The notes below the pieces were generated by a model that worked only from the letters and a program-made list of their open reading frames with translations, had not been told where the DNA came from and made no database searches. The position numbers and the translations under genes were made by a program. DNA of 64,000 nt from Anolis carolinensis (Eukaryota), in the NCBI RefSeq assembly GCF_035594765.1, contig NC_085846.1:10961190-11025189 (forward strand), written 5' to 3'. Numbering within the stretch: the first letter of the stretch is position 1; each line of letters opens with the position of its first letter. Shown here piece after piece: positions 1 to 12,075 of this stretch.

Positions 1-249
1 GTCGTTAAGAAAACTGAGTACTCTATTTTATTTTATTTGGGATATTTAATCAATCTAAATCACAACTAATAAGCTTGTGTCTTGTGTTCTCTATATTTTA
101 ATCTTTGAATATTTTAATATATGTCTTCTACAGTTTTAATATGCATATTTTATGTTTAATGTTTTTGATGATTATGTTTTTTATCCATGTTGTAACCTCC
201 TTTGAGCCACAAGTAGAGGCAGGTAAGAAATACAATTATTATTATTATT

Positions 250-548
250 TGATACACAACAAGATTAGTGCACAGCAAACAAGATCACCATGCTGGCTGT
301 TGCATTGGATCATATATCGGATACTTCCGAAGTGTCTAGAATTGTGTGATGTATCGGCAAATAATGCATGCAGATCCAAGTAGGGTGGCCTTTTGCAGAT
401 GACAGAAGGTAATTTTGTCAGCATCGATTGTTTTCAAGTGCTGACCAAGGTCTTTAGGCACTGCACCCAGTACGGGACCACCTTTATGGGCTTGTGCCAG
501 AGTCTTTGCAGTTCGATCTTTAAATCCTCATATCACATAAGCTTTTCC
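250..548 (-). mobile_element. R4/Dong-clade non-LTR retrotransposon, 3' fragment
   Basis: Minus strand reads YEDLKIELQRLWHKPIKVVP..LGAVPKDLGQHLKTIDADKITFCHLQKATLLGSACII, like the C-terminal restriction-like endonuclease region of R4/Dong/Rex6 elements. Flanked on both sides by (TAT)n. Confidence 0.7.
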
Positions 549-822
549 TATTATTATTATTATTATTATTATTATTATGCTAAATAGTATTTACTGAGAT
601 GTGTAATGAGAGAACTGAATTTTCTTGATGTAGCACCTGGTTAATGAACACAAACTGAGATCTTCAATTTGGGTAAGTGAACCACACGAAACAAAGGAAA
701 TCCTGTACCCCAGTCCCAGATTCAAAATAAAGTGATGACAACTGTACAAGTGGGCTGTTTGAGTTGGATTTATTTAATTGTTGTACAGAGTTGGACCATT
801 GTTTTTTCTTCTGTTGCATTGT

Positions 823-1782
823 TTACACTGTGCCTTTCAAAAGCATTGATCTCATAATTCTCCTTAGCAATCTGCCCATTGCCTCTTTGACCTGGTCATT
901 CCTCAGACAATAGATTAATGGGTTCACAAAGGGTGTGATGGTAGCATAGAAGACGGTTATGGCCTTAGTGATCACAGTTGGTCCTTCTCCACCTGGAATT
1001 AGGTACATCCCTCCGACCGAGCCGTAGAAAAGTGTCACCACCAAAAGGTGCATAGATATGGTGGAGAAGGCCTTCTTGCGGCTGCCTTGGTTGGAAGATT
1101 TAATCAAAGTGAAAATCACCTTGCCGTATGAAAATACAACAAACAGGACATTGCTTACAAAGATAGCATGCATGATAATTCGACAGACCAGAGGAACATT
1201 TCCGACTGGAGGACAGGCCAAGGACAAGACTGGTCCAGGATCACACAAGAAATGGTTGATGATGTTGGGTCTACAAAAGGACAACCTAGAGATCAGAGTC
1301 ACTGGGACAATGTACCCCAGGAAGCCAAGGATCCAACAAGTGGACACTAAAGCATAGCAGAATTTAGGGGACATGATTTGCAAGTAATGCAGTGGGTGGC
1401 AGACAGCCAGGTACCGATCCAAAGCCATGGCCGAGAGGAAGAAGAATTCAGTGCTGCCAAGAGAGAATAAACTGTAGAACTGGAGCAAGCAGGCCTGGAA
1501 GGAGATGGTCCTATGGGAGGCAGTCAGGTCGAAAAGCATTCGGGGCACGGTGGTGGTCACGTAGCATATCTCCAGCCAGGAGAAGTTGCTCAGAAGAGTG
1601 TACATGGGGAGCTGGGACAAGTGGGCATCCAGGAACACCAGGAGGATCACGATGATGTTCTCCACCAAAGTCAGTATGTAGAGAATGGCAAAGAAGATGA
1701 GGAGCAGGAATCACTTCTGTGCTGTGACTCCAAATCCCAGCAGGACAAACCCCTCAGTGGTGCTGCTATTATCCATCGCCAT
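823..1782 (-). pseudogene. Olfactory receptor (OR11-like) with premature TGA at codon 24
   Basis: ATG at 1782 follows a TTCCAG acceptor and reads MAMDNSSTTEGFVLLGFGVTAQK*FLLL; stop at 1711-1713. The rest of the 960-nt frame is open with PMY, MALDRYLAVCHPLHY, KAFST and PFVNPLIY motifs. Confidence 0.9.
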
Positions 1783-1921
1783 CTGGAATCAACAGGTCCA
1801 ATAACTCTCACACAGCATAACAAGTTATAATATTCTTAAAGGATCTTTATCCATCTATTTCCATCAAAAGACCAAGGGTACATCTACATCATAAAATTAA
1901 TGCAATTTACCACCACTTTGC

Positions 1922-2062
1922 AGGGACATGAGAGAAGCCTCCTACAAGGATGGTAAAAACATCAAAACATCCAGGCGTCTCCTGGGCAACGTCCTTGCAG
2001 ACGGTCAATTCTCTCACACCAGAAGCAACTTGGTGCAAGTCACTCCTGACACGAAAAGAAAA
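1922..2062 (+). mobile_element. Anolis SINE2-type SINE, 3' part (other copies ~4907-5068, 20118-20418, 43906-44167, 53265-53520, 53881-54050)
   Basis: Recurrent GGGACATGAGAGAAGCCTCC...CCTGGGCAACGTCCTTGCAGACGG..ATTCTCTCACACCAGAAG..CTCCTGACACGAAAA. Confidence 0.75.
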
Positions 2063-2176
2063 CACCACTTTCACTGCCATGGTAGGGGATTGGCCTGGAT
2101 GGTCATTATGTTCTCTTCCAACTCTATGATTTTATGATACTGTGACACTGTGTTATGACAAGGGGCACATCTACAC

Positions 2177-2311
2177 CAGTGGTCCTCAACCTGTGGGTCC
2201 CCAGGTCCTTTGGCCTACAGCTCCCAGAAATCCCAGCCAGTTTACCAGCTATTAGGATTTCTGGGAGTTGGAGGCCAAAACATCTGGGGACTCACAGGTT
2301 GAGAACCACTG
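2177..2311. mobile_element. hAT-type palindromic MITE
   Basis: TIRs CAGTGGTCCTCAACCTGTGGG / CACAGGTTGAGAACCACTG and a perfect 8-bp TSD ATCTACAC. Confidence 0.9.
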
Positions 2312-2997
2312 ATCTACACCGTAGAATTAATGCAGTTTGATACCACTTTAATGTTACAAGGTTCAATGCTACAGAACCCTGGGATTTGTAGTTTGGTGCG
2401 GCACCAGTGCTCCTTGGCAGAGAAGGCTAAAGTTCTTGTCAAACTACAAAATAGTCCCAGCCCTGAAATTTGTTCATACATAGGCACATTCATACATATG
2501 TAGATAGGGCCATAGAGTGAGGTTCCTATTGAGAATTGTTGTGTGTTTACTTGTGTAAGTTTGTGTGCTCACATCCATGCTGTTCGATCTGTGGTTTGCA
2601 AAGGCAAGCATGGTTGAGTCACTAGAAATAGCCAGGAAAAAAAGTAAAATCAGAATAAATTATATTTACAGCCAAAGGCATAAATTACTGCTGCCTTCTG
2701 ATGCTGATTGCTGGGCAATTCAATTGCAAACCATCCAACTAGAATCAGTTTCCGGCTCTAGAATAAGATAGTTTCCCAATGCCACAACAAACTGCTTCAT
2801 AAGAGAGCATCACAGAATTATAGAGTTGGAAGAGTCTCTAAAGGCCATCCGCTTTGACCCATTCTGCCATGCAGGAAAACACCATCCAAGCCTTCCTGAC
2901 AGACAGCCATCCAGTCTCTGTTTAAAAATCTCCAGTGGAGGAGAGACTCAGATCAGATTAGGATTCAAATAGACAAATATGCTTGTAAAATGGCATT

Positions 2998-3345
2998 TCA
3001 TAGAATCACAGAATCATAGAGTTGGAAGAGACCTCGTGGGCCATCCAGTTCAACTTCATTCTGCCAAGAAACAGGAAAATTGCATTCAAAGCATCCCCGA
3101 CAGATGGCCATCCAGCTCTTGTTTAAAAGCCTCCAAAGAAGGAGCCTCTACCACACTCTGGGGCAGAGAGTTCCATTGCTGAACAGCTCTCACAGTAAGG
3201 AAGTTCTTCCTAATGTTCAGGTGGAATCTCCTTTCCTGTAGTTTGAAGGTTTGTAGTTTGAAGGTCAGACATGCCACACTCTGGGGCAGAGAGTTCCATT
3301 GCTGAACAGCTCTCACAGTTAGGAAATTCTTCCTAATGTTTAGAT
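2998..3345 (-). mobile_element. CR1 LINE 3' end with an internal duplication
   Basis: CATAGAATC tail repeats; minus strand encodes RFHLNIRKNFLTVRAVQQWNSLPQSVVEAPSLEAFKQELDGHL. Confidence 0.85.
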
Positions 3346-3681
3346 GTTCTAATGTTCAGTTAACTCTCTTCACTACAAGAAAAGGAAGGCTATGAATATT
3401 TTAGTATGGCTTTAATTTTATGAATAGCCAGAAATTGTCCAGTTTATTTTAATATGTTCACTGCTGTATGCATTAAATATATAAATCTGTCTCTACAACT
3501 GTGCATAAACTCCACAGGGAATAAAAAATAAAACATATTGTTCTGTCTAAGGGTGAAAGGGAGGACTAGACCGAAGATGAATTGTATGGACTAAGACTGG
3601 TTTGCATGTGTTTAGTAGCCATCACCTGGGATGGAAAAGGATGGAAAAGTCTGGTGAGGTTTAGCATGTCTGACCTTCAAA

Positions 3682-3895
3682 TTACAGACCTTCAAACTAC
3701 AGAAAAGGAGTTTCCACCTGAACATTAGGAAGAACTTCCTTACTGTGAGAGTTGTTCAGCAATGGAACTCTCTGCCCCTGAGTGTGGTGGAGGCTCCTTC
3801 TTTGGAGGCTTTTAAGCAGAAGCTGGATGGCCATCTGTTGGGGGTGCTTTGAATGCAATTTTTCTGCTTCTCTTCCAAATCTATGATTCTATGAT
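3682..3895 (+). mobile_element. CR1 LINE 3' end
   Basis: Same CR1 ORF2 C-terminus, ending in an (ATTCTATG)n tail. Confidence 0.85.
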
Positions 3896-4285
3896 TGCAA
3901 CAAATATTTAGGTAGCCATAAAAACGATGACTTTTTATAACCTTTTCTGAATCTCAATAACGATAGTCTTTCCAAACACAATGGGATATAGTAGTCATTG
4001 AAGGATAGGAGTTCCTACATTACAGATCACATAAGAAATTATTACATTTTTTTGTTTATTGAGCTAATTCAGGAATGTAGATGAGAGGCATGGGAACATC
4101 CATGGCCTACACTTCCAATTCCAAACTCTCCTTCTTCACCTTTCCTATTCTATCATTAAATTAAAATGGAGAATCAAATTTTCATTGAAACGGGTATTTT
4201 TCTTCCCTGAGGAAATTGTCAGAAACCTGCATTTTCCACCCAAGTTTTCTTAGCTTTGGGGAAAAAATGCCTCCCATTTCCATAC

Positions 4286-4870
4286 CTCAGTAGGAGTTCA
4301 ATGATTGATCAATCCCGCCAAAGTTTACTCAAAGAGTTACAAACAGATTTGGAAGGAGTGACGCCGTGGTGTTCAACTTGCATTGGTGTTCATCAGCAGG
4401 ACTGAAGGAGCGAAGAAATGAAGGACCATGCTGGGAGTTTTGTGGGTAGTAAAAGTCATCATGTCGATCTGCAGATTGGAGCTGAATTCATTATTTTGAC
4501 TGCAGTTTTGTATCCAAGGCTGAAATGAACCTTGGGAATGTATCTCACTGGAACAATTTCACTTTGAGCTATGGTAACACCATCTCCTGGGAGACAGGAT
4601 CCTCCTGTTACATATCTCTCATTTCTTTCTCCCATTTTGGAACTTGGTTTCTATCTACCAAAATATTGTTTCTTCCTAGTGTTACTAAATGTGGAGAACA
4701 ACACAAATGGCACAGGCCCAGAGAAACCTGTTGGGGAGCTAGTTTGAATCCTATTGCTGGTAATTCTGCCAATGCTGTTGTTGTCATTCTTTTGATAGTC
4801 ACGGCTCCTATTTGTTAATGTTGGCTACCTAAAATGTATCGAATGCTATTGACTAAAGAGAGTTTCCTCA
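4286..4870 (-). promoter_or_regulatory. Putative non-coding exon 1 and promoter of the OR at 823-1782
   Basis: Homologous to 11640-12075 and 17961-18280; aligned donor GAG|GTATGG at 4285; O/E-like site TCTCCTGGGAGA. Confidence 0.55.
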
Positions 4871-5689
4871 CCTTCTGCCTTTCACTCATCCATAGGAAGA
4901 ATCCAGGGAGAGTGGGTGAGCTCCCTCTGTCAGCTCCAGCTCCCCATGCGGGGACATGAGAGAAGCCTCCCACAAGGGTGGTAAAACATCAACATCCAGG
5001 TGTACCCTGGGCGTCATCCTTGCTCACCAGAAGTGACTTGCAAGTCGCTCCTGACAGAGAAAAAAAAACCCTTAGAAAATACCTTGTCCATTCTTTCCAC
5101 ACTGAAGCAAATCTCATCTTAAGACATCTCGATGTACTGGGGATGTACTTATTTAAATTATTCAATACTGCAGGGTAATTTAAACAAACTTTTCCTTGCT
5201 GCAGGAATGTCCAGTAAAACTGTGTAGTTTTCCATTTACTTGCAAGGAGGAGAAGTTCTTTATCCCAAAACTCACTTTTTTCTGGTCTTCTCCATAGACA
5301 TTTAATCACCAAATGAGAACAGAGCGGGGCAGACAGCCAAGATGACCCATTGATGGTCGTCATAGCCACTGATGGACAGGTCTTACTCTATCTCTTGTGT
5401 TGGCAAGAGGAAGCAAGACCAGATGTAGGTCAAGAATCACCTGTCAATGGCTCATGTAACCAATGGTGGGAAGTCTTCATTTGACTATCTCCCACTTCCT
5501 CCCATTGGAACAGGCCTGTAATGCCCAGCAGGAGGGTCAGGCAGCAACTGGATAAGAAGCCATTTGAGGAGAATCAGCCATCAATGCCTATTGTAAGTAA
5601 CTGGGATATGATGATGCAAGTATTCTCCAACAGCTCCACTTAATCTCCTGCAGGTCCTGGAGAACAACATTATGTTCTACTCTCTATTG

Positions 5690-6729
5690 CAGTGGTTCTC
5701 AACCTGTGGGTCCCCAGGTGTTTTGGCTTACAACTCCCAGAAATCCCACCCAGTTTACCAGCTGTTAGGATTTCTGGGAGTTGAAGGCCAAAACATCTGG
5801 TGACCCCAGGTTGAGAACTACTGCTATAAGAGGCAGAATTGTGTAGTGGTTTGAGTACTGAACTACAACACTGGGAGATTAGCTTTCAAACCCTTGCTCA
5901 GTGGCTTTGAGCAAGTCATGGTCCCTTAGCATTCAAATAAAATAATGGCAAGCTCCTCTTAACAAACCTTGCTGAGATAAACGTATGTCAAGCAGGCTGT
6001 GGCGCAGGCTGGTGAGCAGCCTGCTGCAATAAATCACTCTGATCTTGAGGTCATGAGTTTGAGGCCAGCCCATGGCGGGGTGAGCACCCGTCAATTAAAA
6101 AATAAAGAATAGCCCCTGCTCGTTGCTAACCTAGCAACCCGGAAGATAGTTGCATCTATCAAGTAGGAAATAAGGTACCACTTATAAAGTGGGGAGGCAA
6201 ATTTAACTAATTTATGACGTTGGAATGAGGAAGTGCCATCACAGTGGATGATGAAGCAGCTGCTCCCCCCTGTGGCCAGAATCGAACATCCCCTCAGGAG
6301 AAGGTTAAATTGCCTCTGTGTCTTGTCTCTGTCTCGGTTCTATGTGTATATGGGCATTGAATTTTTGCCCTATATGTATATAATGTGATCCGCCCTGAGT
6401 CCCCTTCGGGGTGAGAAGGGCGGAATATAAATACTGTAAATAAATAAATAAATAAATAAATTTGAAGACACACAGTAATAACCCATATATTATCCAGACC
6501 AGTCCAATCTGACCCAAGGTAAGTATCCAATTTCCCAGACACACAAGGTCCAGGAAAATCTGGATTCAGCATGAGACAGCAAGTATCTTATGACCCACTC
6601 ACACATACTAGTCACCTGAATGAAATTATGAACACGTAGATGGTGATAAGCTCAAGGTGGGATCCCCAGGTGGGATTTCTGGGAGTTGAAGGCCAAAACA
6701 CCTGGGGACCCACAGGTTGAGAACCACTG
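5690..6729. mobile_element. Composite hAT MITE carrying captured genomic sequence
   Basis: Full MITE at 5690-5824 and a MITE right arm at ~6672-6729; the 8-bp TSD CTCTATTG brackets the whole unit; the interior is homologous to 34477-34852 (inverted). Confidence 0.65.
5992..6460 (+). mobile_element. tRNA-headed SINE with L2-like 3' tail (shorter minus copy ~27183-27410)
   Basis: A-box-like GTGGCGCAGGCTGG head; GCCCTGAGTCCCCTTCGGGGTGAGAAGGGCGG hairpin and (TAAA)n tail. Confidence 0.7.
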
Positions 6730-6864
6730 CTCTATTGGGACATATTTAGTAGAAATCCTCCTCTCTCATTTGGCCCTGCTTCATGTCAGCCACTATATGC
6801 CCATGGAAGAGGGGAGAAAATAAGAGAATATGAGCTTGAAGGGAAAGGGTGTACCTGAAGCCCA

Positions 6865-7395
6865 TCACTAGGCTACCAACCAGTTCCCAGACAAAGTGCA
6901 AAATGTTGGTTGTTACCTTTAAACATTCATGTCATCTGGTCCCAAGTTACCTACAGGATTGTTTCCTCCCATATAACACGTCCCTTATCCTCAGGTATAC
7001 TCTGGGGGACAGTTACTCCTGTCAGCCAGGACTAGACTAACAAAGGTTAAACAGAAGGTGTCTTCTTCAGCCATCCCTAGCTTGTGGAAGGACCTACTGG
7101 AAGAGATTCAATAGCTGAATATGTTATCTGAATTTTCAAGTATGGAATAACGTTCAATATGTATTGGTCTCATATGTCCTTTCAAACTGAAGTTATATGT
7201 TTTTATTGGTTGGAATGCTTTTAATCAATGATATGGGTTGTATTTAGTCTGTATTCTTCCTGCCAAGAAATCCGGACAAGAAATCACCATCACCTTCATA
7301 AGGCATCGACCATTTGCCTATGAGTAAAGCTGCCTTGAGTCCCCTTCGTGGTTGAGAAAAGTGGGGTATAAATATGGCAAATAAATAAATAAATA
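6865..7395 (+). mobile_element. Old degenerate L2 LINE 3' fragment
   Basis: KMLVVTFK..LVPSYLQDCFLPY resembles the C-terminus of the L2 ORF at 13810-15207; L2-type hairpin and (TAAA)n tail at ~7330-7395. Confidence 0.6.
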
Positions 7396-7840
7396 GATGG
7401 TGCACTCACATTACAAAAACTTGGAATAGCTCAACAGAGGAATTCATCAGACAATGGAGGAAGGAAAGAACTGTGAACCATTATTCTCCTGCCTTGTGCC
7501 TTTGCCCCTTGGCTTTTGTAGTCATTGCCTGTTGTGCATTGTAGTTTAGTTGTTGCACAACTCTAGCTATGAAGCACATTCACATGTGGTCTTTGAACTA
7601 CACTAAGAACTGATTGAATTGAGGCCCATATCTGCTAAATAATGCTTCAATAATTTGTAGCTTGTTTTCTCATCTTAATGGGGAAATTAATTTTAACCAC
7701 AAAACTTTTTCCTGATCCACCTTAGATTTTAATGAAACTTGATTGCCCCGTATAACATACCAAACAAAGTAAATACATTTCATCCAATGAGGGACTCCGA
7801 ATTGTATTTTATTAATTCTACCCCACTGATCTGTGCCTTT

Positions 7841-8788
7841 TTAAACTTTGGCTTTCACAAATATCCGTCTTATAATTCTCCTTAGTGCCTCTTTCACTTG
7901 ACCATTCCTTAGACAGTAGATCAAGGGGTTGACAAAAGGCGTGAAGGTTGTATAGAAAAGAGTTATTGCCTTAGTGAACTCAGACTGGCTCTCTCCACTT
8001 GGAATTAAGTACATCCCTCCAACAGAGCCATAGAAAAGCGTCACGACCAACAGATGCATAGATATGGTGGAGAAGGCCTTCTTGCGGCTCCCTTGGTTGG
8101 AAGATTTCATCAGAGTGAAAATTACAAAGCCATATGAAATAACAACGAAAAAGACATTGGCTAAAAACAGAGTGTTTATGACTATTTGGCAGAGAAGAGG
8201 AATGTTGCCAACTGGAGGACAAGCCAAGGACAGGATGGGTCCAGGATCACACAAAAAATGGTCAATGATGTTGGGTCCACAGAAGGACAACGTTGAGATC
8301 AAAGTCACCGGGACAATGTATCCCAGAAAGCCAAGGAACCAACAAGCTGCCACGAGAACATAACAAGAATTCGGAGTCATGATTTGGGAGTAATGCAGTG
8401 GGTGGCAGATGGCCAGGTAGCGATCCAAAGCCATGGCTGAGAGGAAGAAGAATTCTGCTGTACCGAGAGAAAATAACACATAGAACTGGATTAAGCAAGC
8501 CTGGATGGAGATGATGCCATGAGAAGAAGTCAAGTCAAAGAGCATCCGGGGAACAGTAGTGGTCACATAGCATATCTCCATCCAGGAGAAATTACTCAGC
8601 AGGATGTACATGGGAAGTTGGGACAACTGAGCATCTAGGAGCACCACCGTTATGATGGTGACATTTTCCACCAAAGTGAGTACATAGAGAATGGTCAAAA
8701 AGATGAGGATTATATATTGCTTCGAGGGATCCAATCCAAATCCAAGCAAAACAAATTCCTGAAGTGTGGTCCCATTAGCGTTCTCCAT
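7841..8788 (-). CDS. Olfactory receptor, OR11-like, intact (315 aa)
   Basis: Single coding exon; N-glycosylation site NGT, PMY, MALDRYLAICHPLHY, KAFST, NPLIY; TTCCAG acceptor directly before ATG. Confidence 0.95.
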   Translation of the reverse strand: MENANGTTLQEFVLLGFGLDPSKQYIILIFLTILYVLTLVENVTIITVVLLDAQLSQLPMYILLSNFSWMEICYVTTTVPRMLFDLTSSHGIISIQACLIQFYVLFSLGTAEFFFLSAMALDRYLAICHPLHYSQIMTPNSCYVLVAACWFLGFLGYIVPVTLISTLSFCGPNIIDHFLCDPGPILSLACPPVGNIPLLCQIVINTLFLANVFFVVISYGFVIFTLMKSSNQGSRKKAFSTISMHLLVVTLFYGSVGGMYLIPSGESQSEFTKAITLFYTTFTPFVNPLIYCLRNGQVKEALRRIIRRIFVKAKV

Positions 8789-8950
8789 CTGGAATCATAA
8801 GATCTAATTGTTATCACACAGCATACAAAGGAATAGTTAACATAACTTTAACTGGTCATCTCTTTCCATTGGAAGGAAAAAGCTAAGCAGGCAGGTCATC
8901 AAACAGTAGGAACAACCAATCTTTTGTTTCTGGTTGACAGTTCTAACTAA

Positions 8951-9179
8951 GGGCCCTTTCACATAGTCATATAACCCAGAATATCAAGGCAGAATAACCC
9001 ACAATATCTGCTTTAAACTGGGTTATCTGAGGCCCCTTCCACACAGCTGAATAAAATCCCACATTATCTGCTTTGAACTGGATATATGGCAGTGTGGACT
9101 CAGATATCCCAGTTCAAAGCAGATAGTGTGGGATTTGCTGCCTTGATATTCTGGGTTATATGGCTATGTGGAAGGGCCC
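8951..9179. mobile_element. PIF/Harbinger-like palindromic MITE
   Basis: Long TIRs starting GGGCCC; TAA/TTA flanks. Confidence 0.7.
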
Positions 9180-9304
9180 TTAGTCAAACTGAAATGTCAG
9201 TCCAATATACAACTCTTGCCAAATCCAAAAGACAAAATCCAGCAAAATTATCAGGTATTCATGGGAAGCCCAAAAAGAATGATGAGAATTACATTTTTGA
9301 CAGA

Positions 9305-9782
9305 GAGATTTTGAGAAGCTGAAATGTGTCCAGAGGAGGGTAACTAAAATGATCAAGGGTCTGGAGAACAAGCCCTAAGAGGAGTGGCTTAAAGAGCTGG
9401 GCATGTTTAGCCTGCAAAAGAGAAGGCTAAGAGGAGACATGATAGCCATGTACAAATATGTGAGGGGAAGTCATAGGGAGGAGGGAGCAAGCTTGTTTTC
9501 TGCTGTCCTGGAGACTAAGACGCGGAACAATGGCTTCAAACTATAGAAAAGGAGATTCCACCTGAACATTAGGAAGAACTTCCTCACTGTGAGAGCTGTT
9601 CAACAGTGGAACTCTCTGCCCCGGAGTGTGGTGGAGGCTCCTTCTTTGGAGGCTTTTAAGCAGAGGTTGGATGGCCATCTGTCGGGGGTGCTTTGAACAT
9701 GATTTTCCTGCTTCTTGGCAGGTGGTTGGACTGGATGGCCCATGAGATCTCTTCCAACTCTATGATTCTATTCTATTATTCT
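9305..9782 (+). mobile_element. CR1 LINE 3' fragment
   Basis: Encodes [42 protein letters not shown]...; CR1 tail TCTATGATTCTATTCTA. Confidence 0.9.
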
Positions 9783-10244
9783 AAGTAAGCTCCATCATAG
9801 TCAACCACAAAATAATAATTACTGTACGTTTCCACATCATAATCCCATTGTTTACTCCAAGGCTGGAAAGATAAACATTCACTGTCCATTGTTTGAAGGC
9901 CAGATCTTTGCTGCATTAGCTATTTTATAGACATTCATTTCAAGAATATGGCAAGCTTATGTCAGTATATATGATGTTTGTATGTCATGGATTTCCCTTT
10001 GTTCTTTTCTTTCCATCTTTCTTTGTCTTTCCCTACATCATATTTTGAAAACTAATTGAAACAAAATTCTACCAGTTCTCTTAAATACAGCTATATAGTT
10101 GTATTAAACCTTGATATACGATTCAAAATATATCATATGTTGTGCATGTAAAAACTACTTTTCCCACAAATTTCTTTCAAAACATCTGGATCAAAATGTG
10201 AGTGTTTGGAATTGTCATGTTATTGCTAAAAATAGGGTCTAAAC

Positions 10245-10378
10245 CAGGCATGGGCAAACTTGGGCCCTCCAGGTGTTTTGGACTCCAACTCCTACAATTC
10301 CTAACAGCCTACTGGCTGTTAGGAATTGTGGGTGTTGAGGTCCAAAACACCTGGAGGGCCCAAGTTTGCCCATGCCTG
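10245..10378. mobile_element. hAT-type palindromic MITE (family also at ~44823-44980, 48240-48634, 51086-51180)
   Basis: TIR CAGGCATGGGCAAACTT; perfect 8-bp TSD GTCTAAAC; the 51086 copy has TSD CCTTAATG. Confidence 0.9.
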
Positions 10379-10734
10379 GTCTAAACACTTTACTATGTTC
10401 TGTATTTGGATGGCTTTTGAAATAAGTATTCAAGGGGGTCTCATAAATATTTAAAACATTTTTATCAATACTTACTTCAGCTTTTTGTGTATATTGTTAG
10501 TTCTGGATAAAATACTTGCTGAAACATGTTGAACTGCTCTTATTTATTTTGTGATGTAGAAAATTGTCTTTATTCTCTATTCTTTCCGTGTTATTTCCTC
10601 ATCTGGTGATAAAGTTACTGATATAGAAATAATACCCAGAGCATGTCTATTTCACTTAACTAACCTGTGCAATTGAACTTTCAACTTGTTGTTTTGGAGG
10701 GATTTCTCTAACACCAGGATACATAAGAAACATA

Positions 10735-10978
10735 TGCAAGCCAGGCTTTGAAACTGCAAGGCTATTCAATGCTAATCAGGGTGACGAATTTCAACATTCA
10801 TGCTTGGCTCAGGCAGACAAAAGTTCTTTTTCTCACCCTGAACATTATTCCACAGATATATAAACCCCACTTGCCTAGTTTCCAACAGACCTCACAACCT
10901 CTGAGGATGCCTGCCATAGATGTGTGTGAAATGTCAGAAGAGAATGCTTCTGGAACATGGAAAACTCACAGCAACCTA
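10735..10978 (+). mobile_element. Penelope-like element 3' end/pLTR, degenerate hammerhead motif
   Basis: Shares CACAACCTCTGAGGATGCCTGCCATAGATG..GAAA(T/C)GTCAG with copies at 42081, 43063, 45420, 46970 and 56240. Confidence 0.75.
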
Positions 10979-11639
10979 GATGTAAGCATTTTGGGGGTTT
11001 AAAATGCAATGCCATGTTAGGATTTCTGCCAAGATGGGATCCAAACCAGCTTACAATACAGGTCAAAAATAAGACAGGAAAAGCAGTATGTGGTACAAAA
11101 ATTGAACATGCATAAAATATCACTCCAATTAAAACATTAACTTAAAAAGTTTTTGATAATACAACATACATTACATATGGGTTTGTGTTGAGATCTAGTT
11201 CGTGTTAAAATCTGGATTGTAGGAGAGAAATAGGTGAGTATTTCAAGACTCATTTCCCCAGCTCCAGTCTAAGCCTTAGCTCCCTGTCTGCTTTCCTAAA
11301 TTTAATACCGGTATGGTTCTCCAATTTTCTTTGGAAGGAGGGGCTCTTTCTGTCTGGAAACTAACAACAGTTTTCAACCTTCTCTTTGTATTTTTCACAT
11401 TATCAGACACAACTGATGGCTTCTATGCGAATGAACTGGGAAATTTGCCCTACATTTATGCTTAAATCTTAAGAAAGCTACTTAAATTGCATAAGCCAAG
11501 CAGGTGAACATGTTCAGCACCATGGACAGCTCCTCTTGAGTTCAATGCAAACCTTGGGATGCATTTACTGTCCCACTGTCCGCAAAGCCATCAGCGACTC
11601 AAGTTCCCCTTGTTCTGATAATAATTGCCATTTCTGTAC

Positions 11640-12075
11640 CTTAATAAGAATAAAAATGTTGTTCCATCCACATGAAGATTCATTAGAAGGACTGAGATGA
11701 TTTGGAGAGAAGGATGTCAGGATTTTCACACTGTACGCTTGTATGCAGGGTTGATACAGCAAAGACATAGGGGATCTTATTCCTTGAGATGCAGTTTTTA
11801 AACTAATAGTGGAAGTGAACCTTGGGGATGTGTCCCATTGGAATAATTCCATTTTGCACTAAAGCAACATCCCTTAAGAGACGCCATAGTACGTTATATC
11901 TCCCTTCCTCCAAATTCTTGTTTTCCAAAGTTTTACCCATTATAAAGAACTAAAATATTCCAGGACCACAGAAACATAAGAGATCTAGTGTTGTTTTGAC
12001 TATGTTTAGTACTGCTCCTGTTGTCATTTTTTTTGTTAATAATGACTGCCATTATTAATGTAGCTTTCCTAAAAA
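11640..12075 (-). promoter_or_regulatory. Putative non-coding exon 1 and promoter of the OR at 7841-8788
   Basis: Alignable to 4286-4870; donor AAG|GTACAG at 11639; O/E-like TCCCATTGGAA and TCCCTTAAGAGA. Confidence 0.55.
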
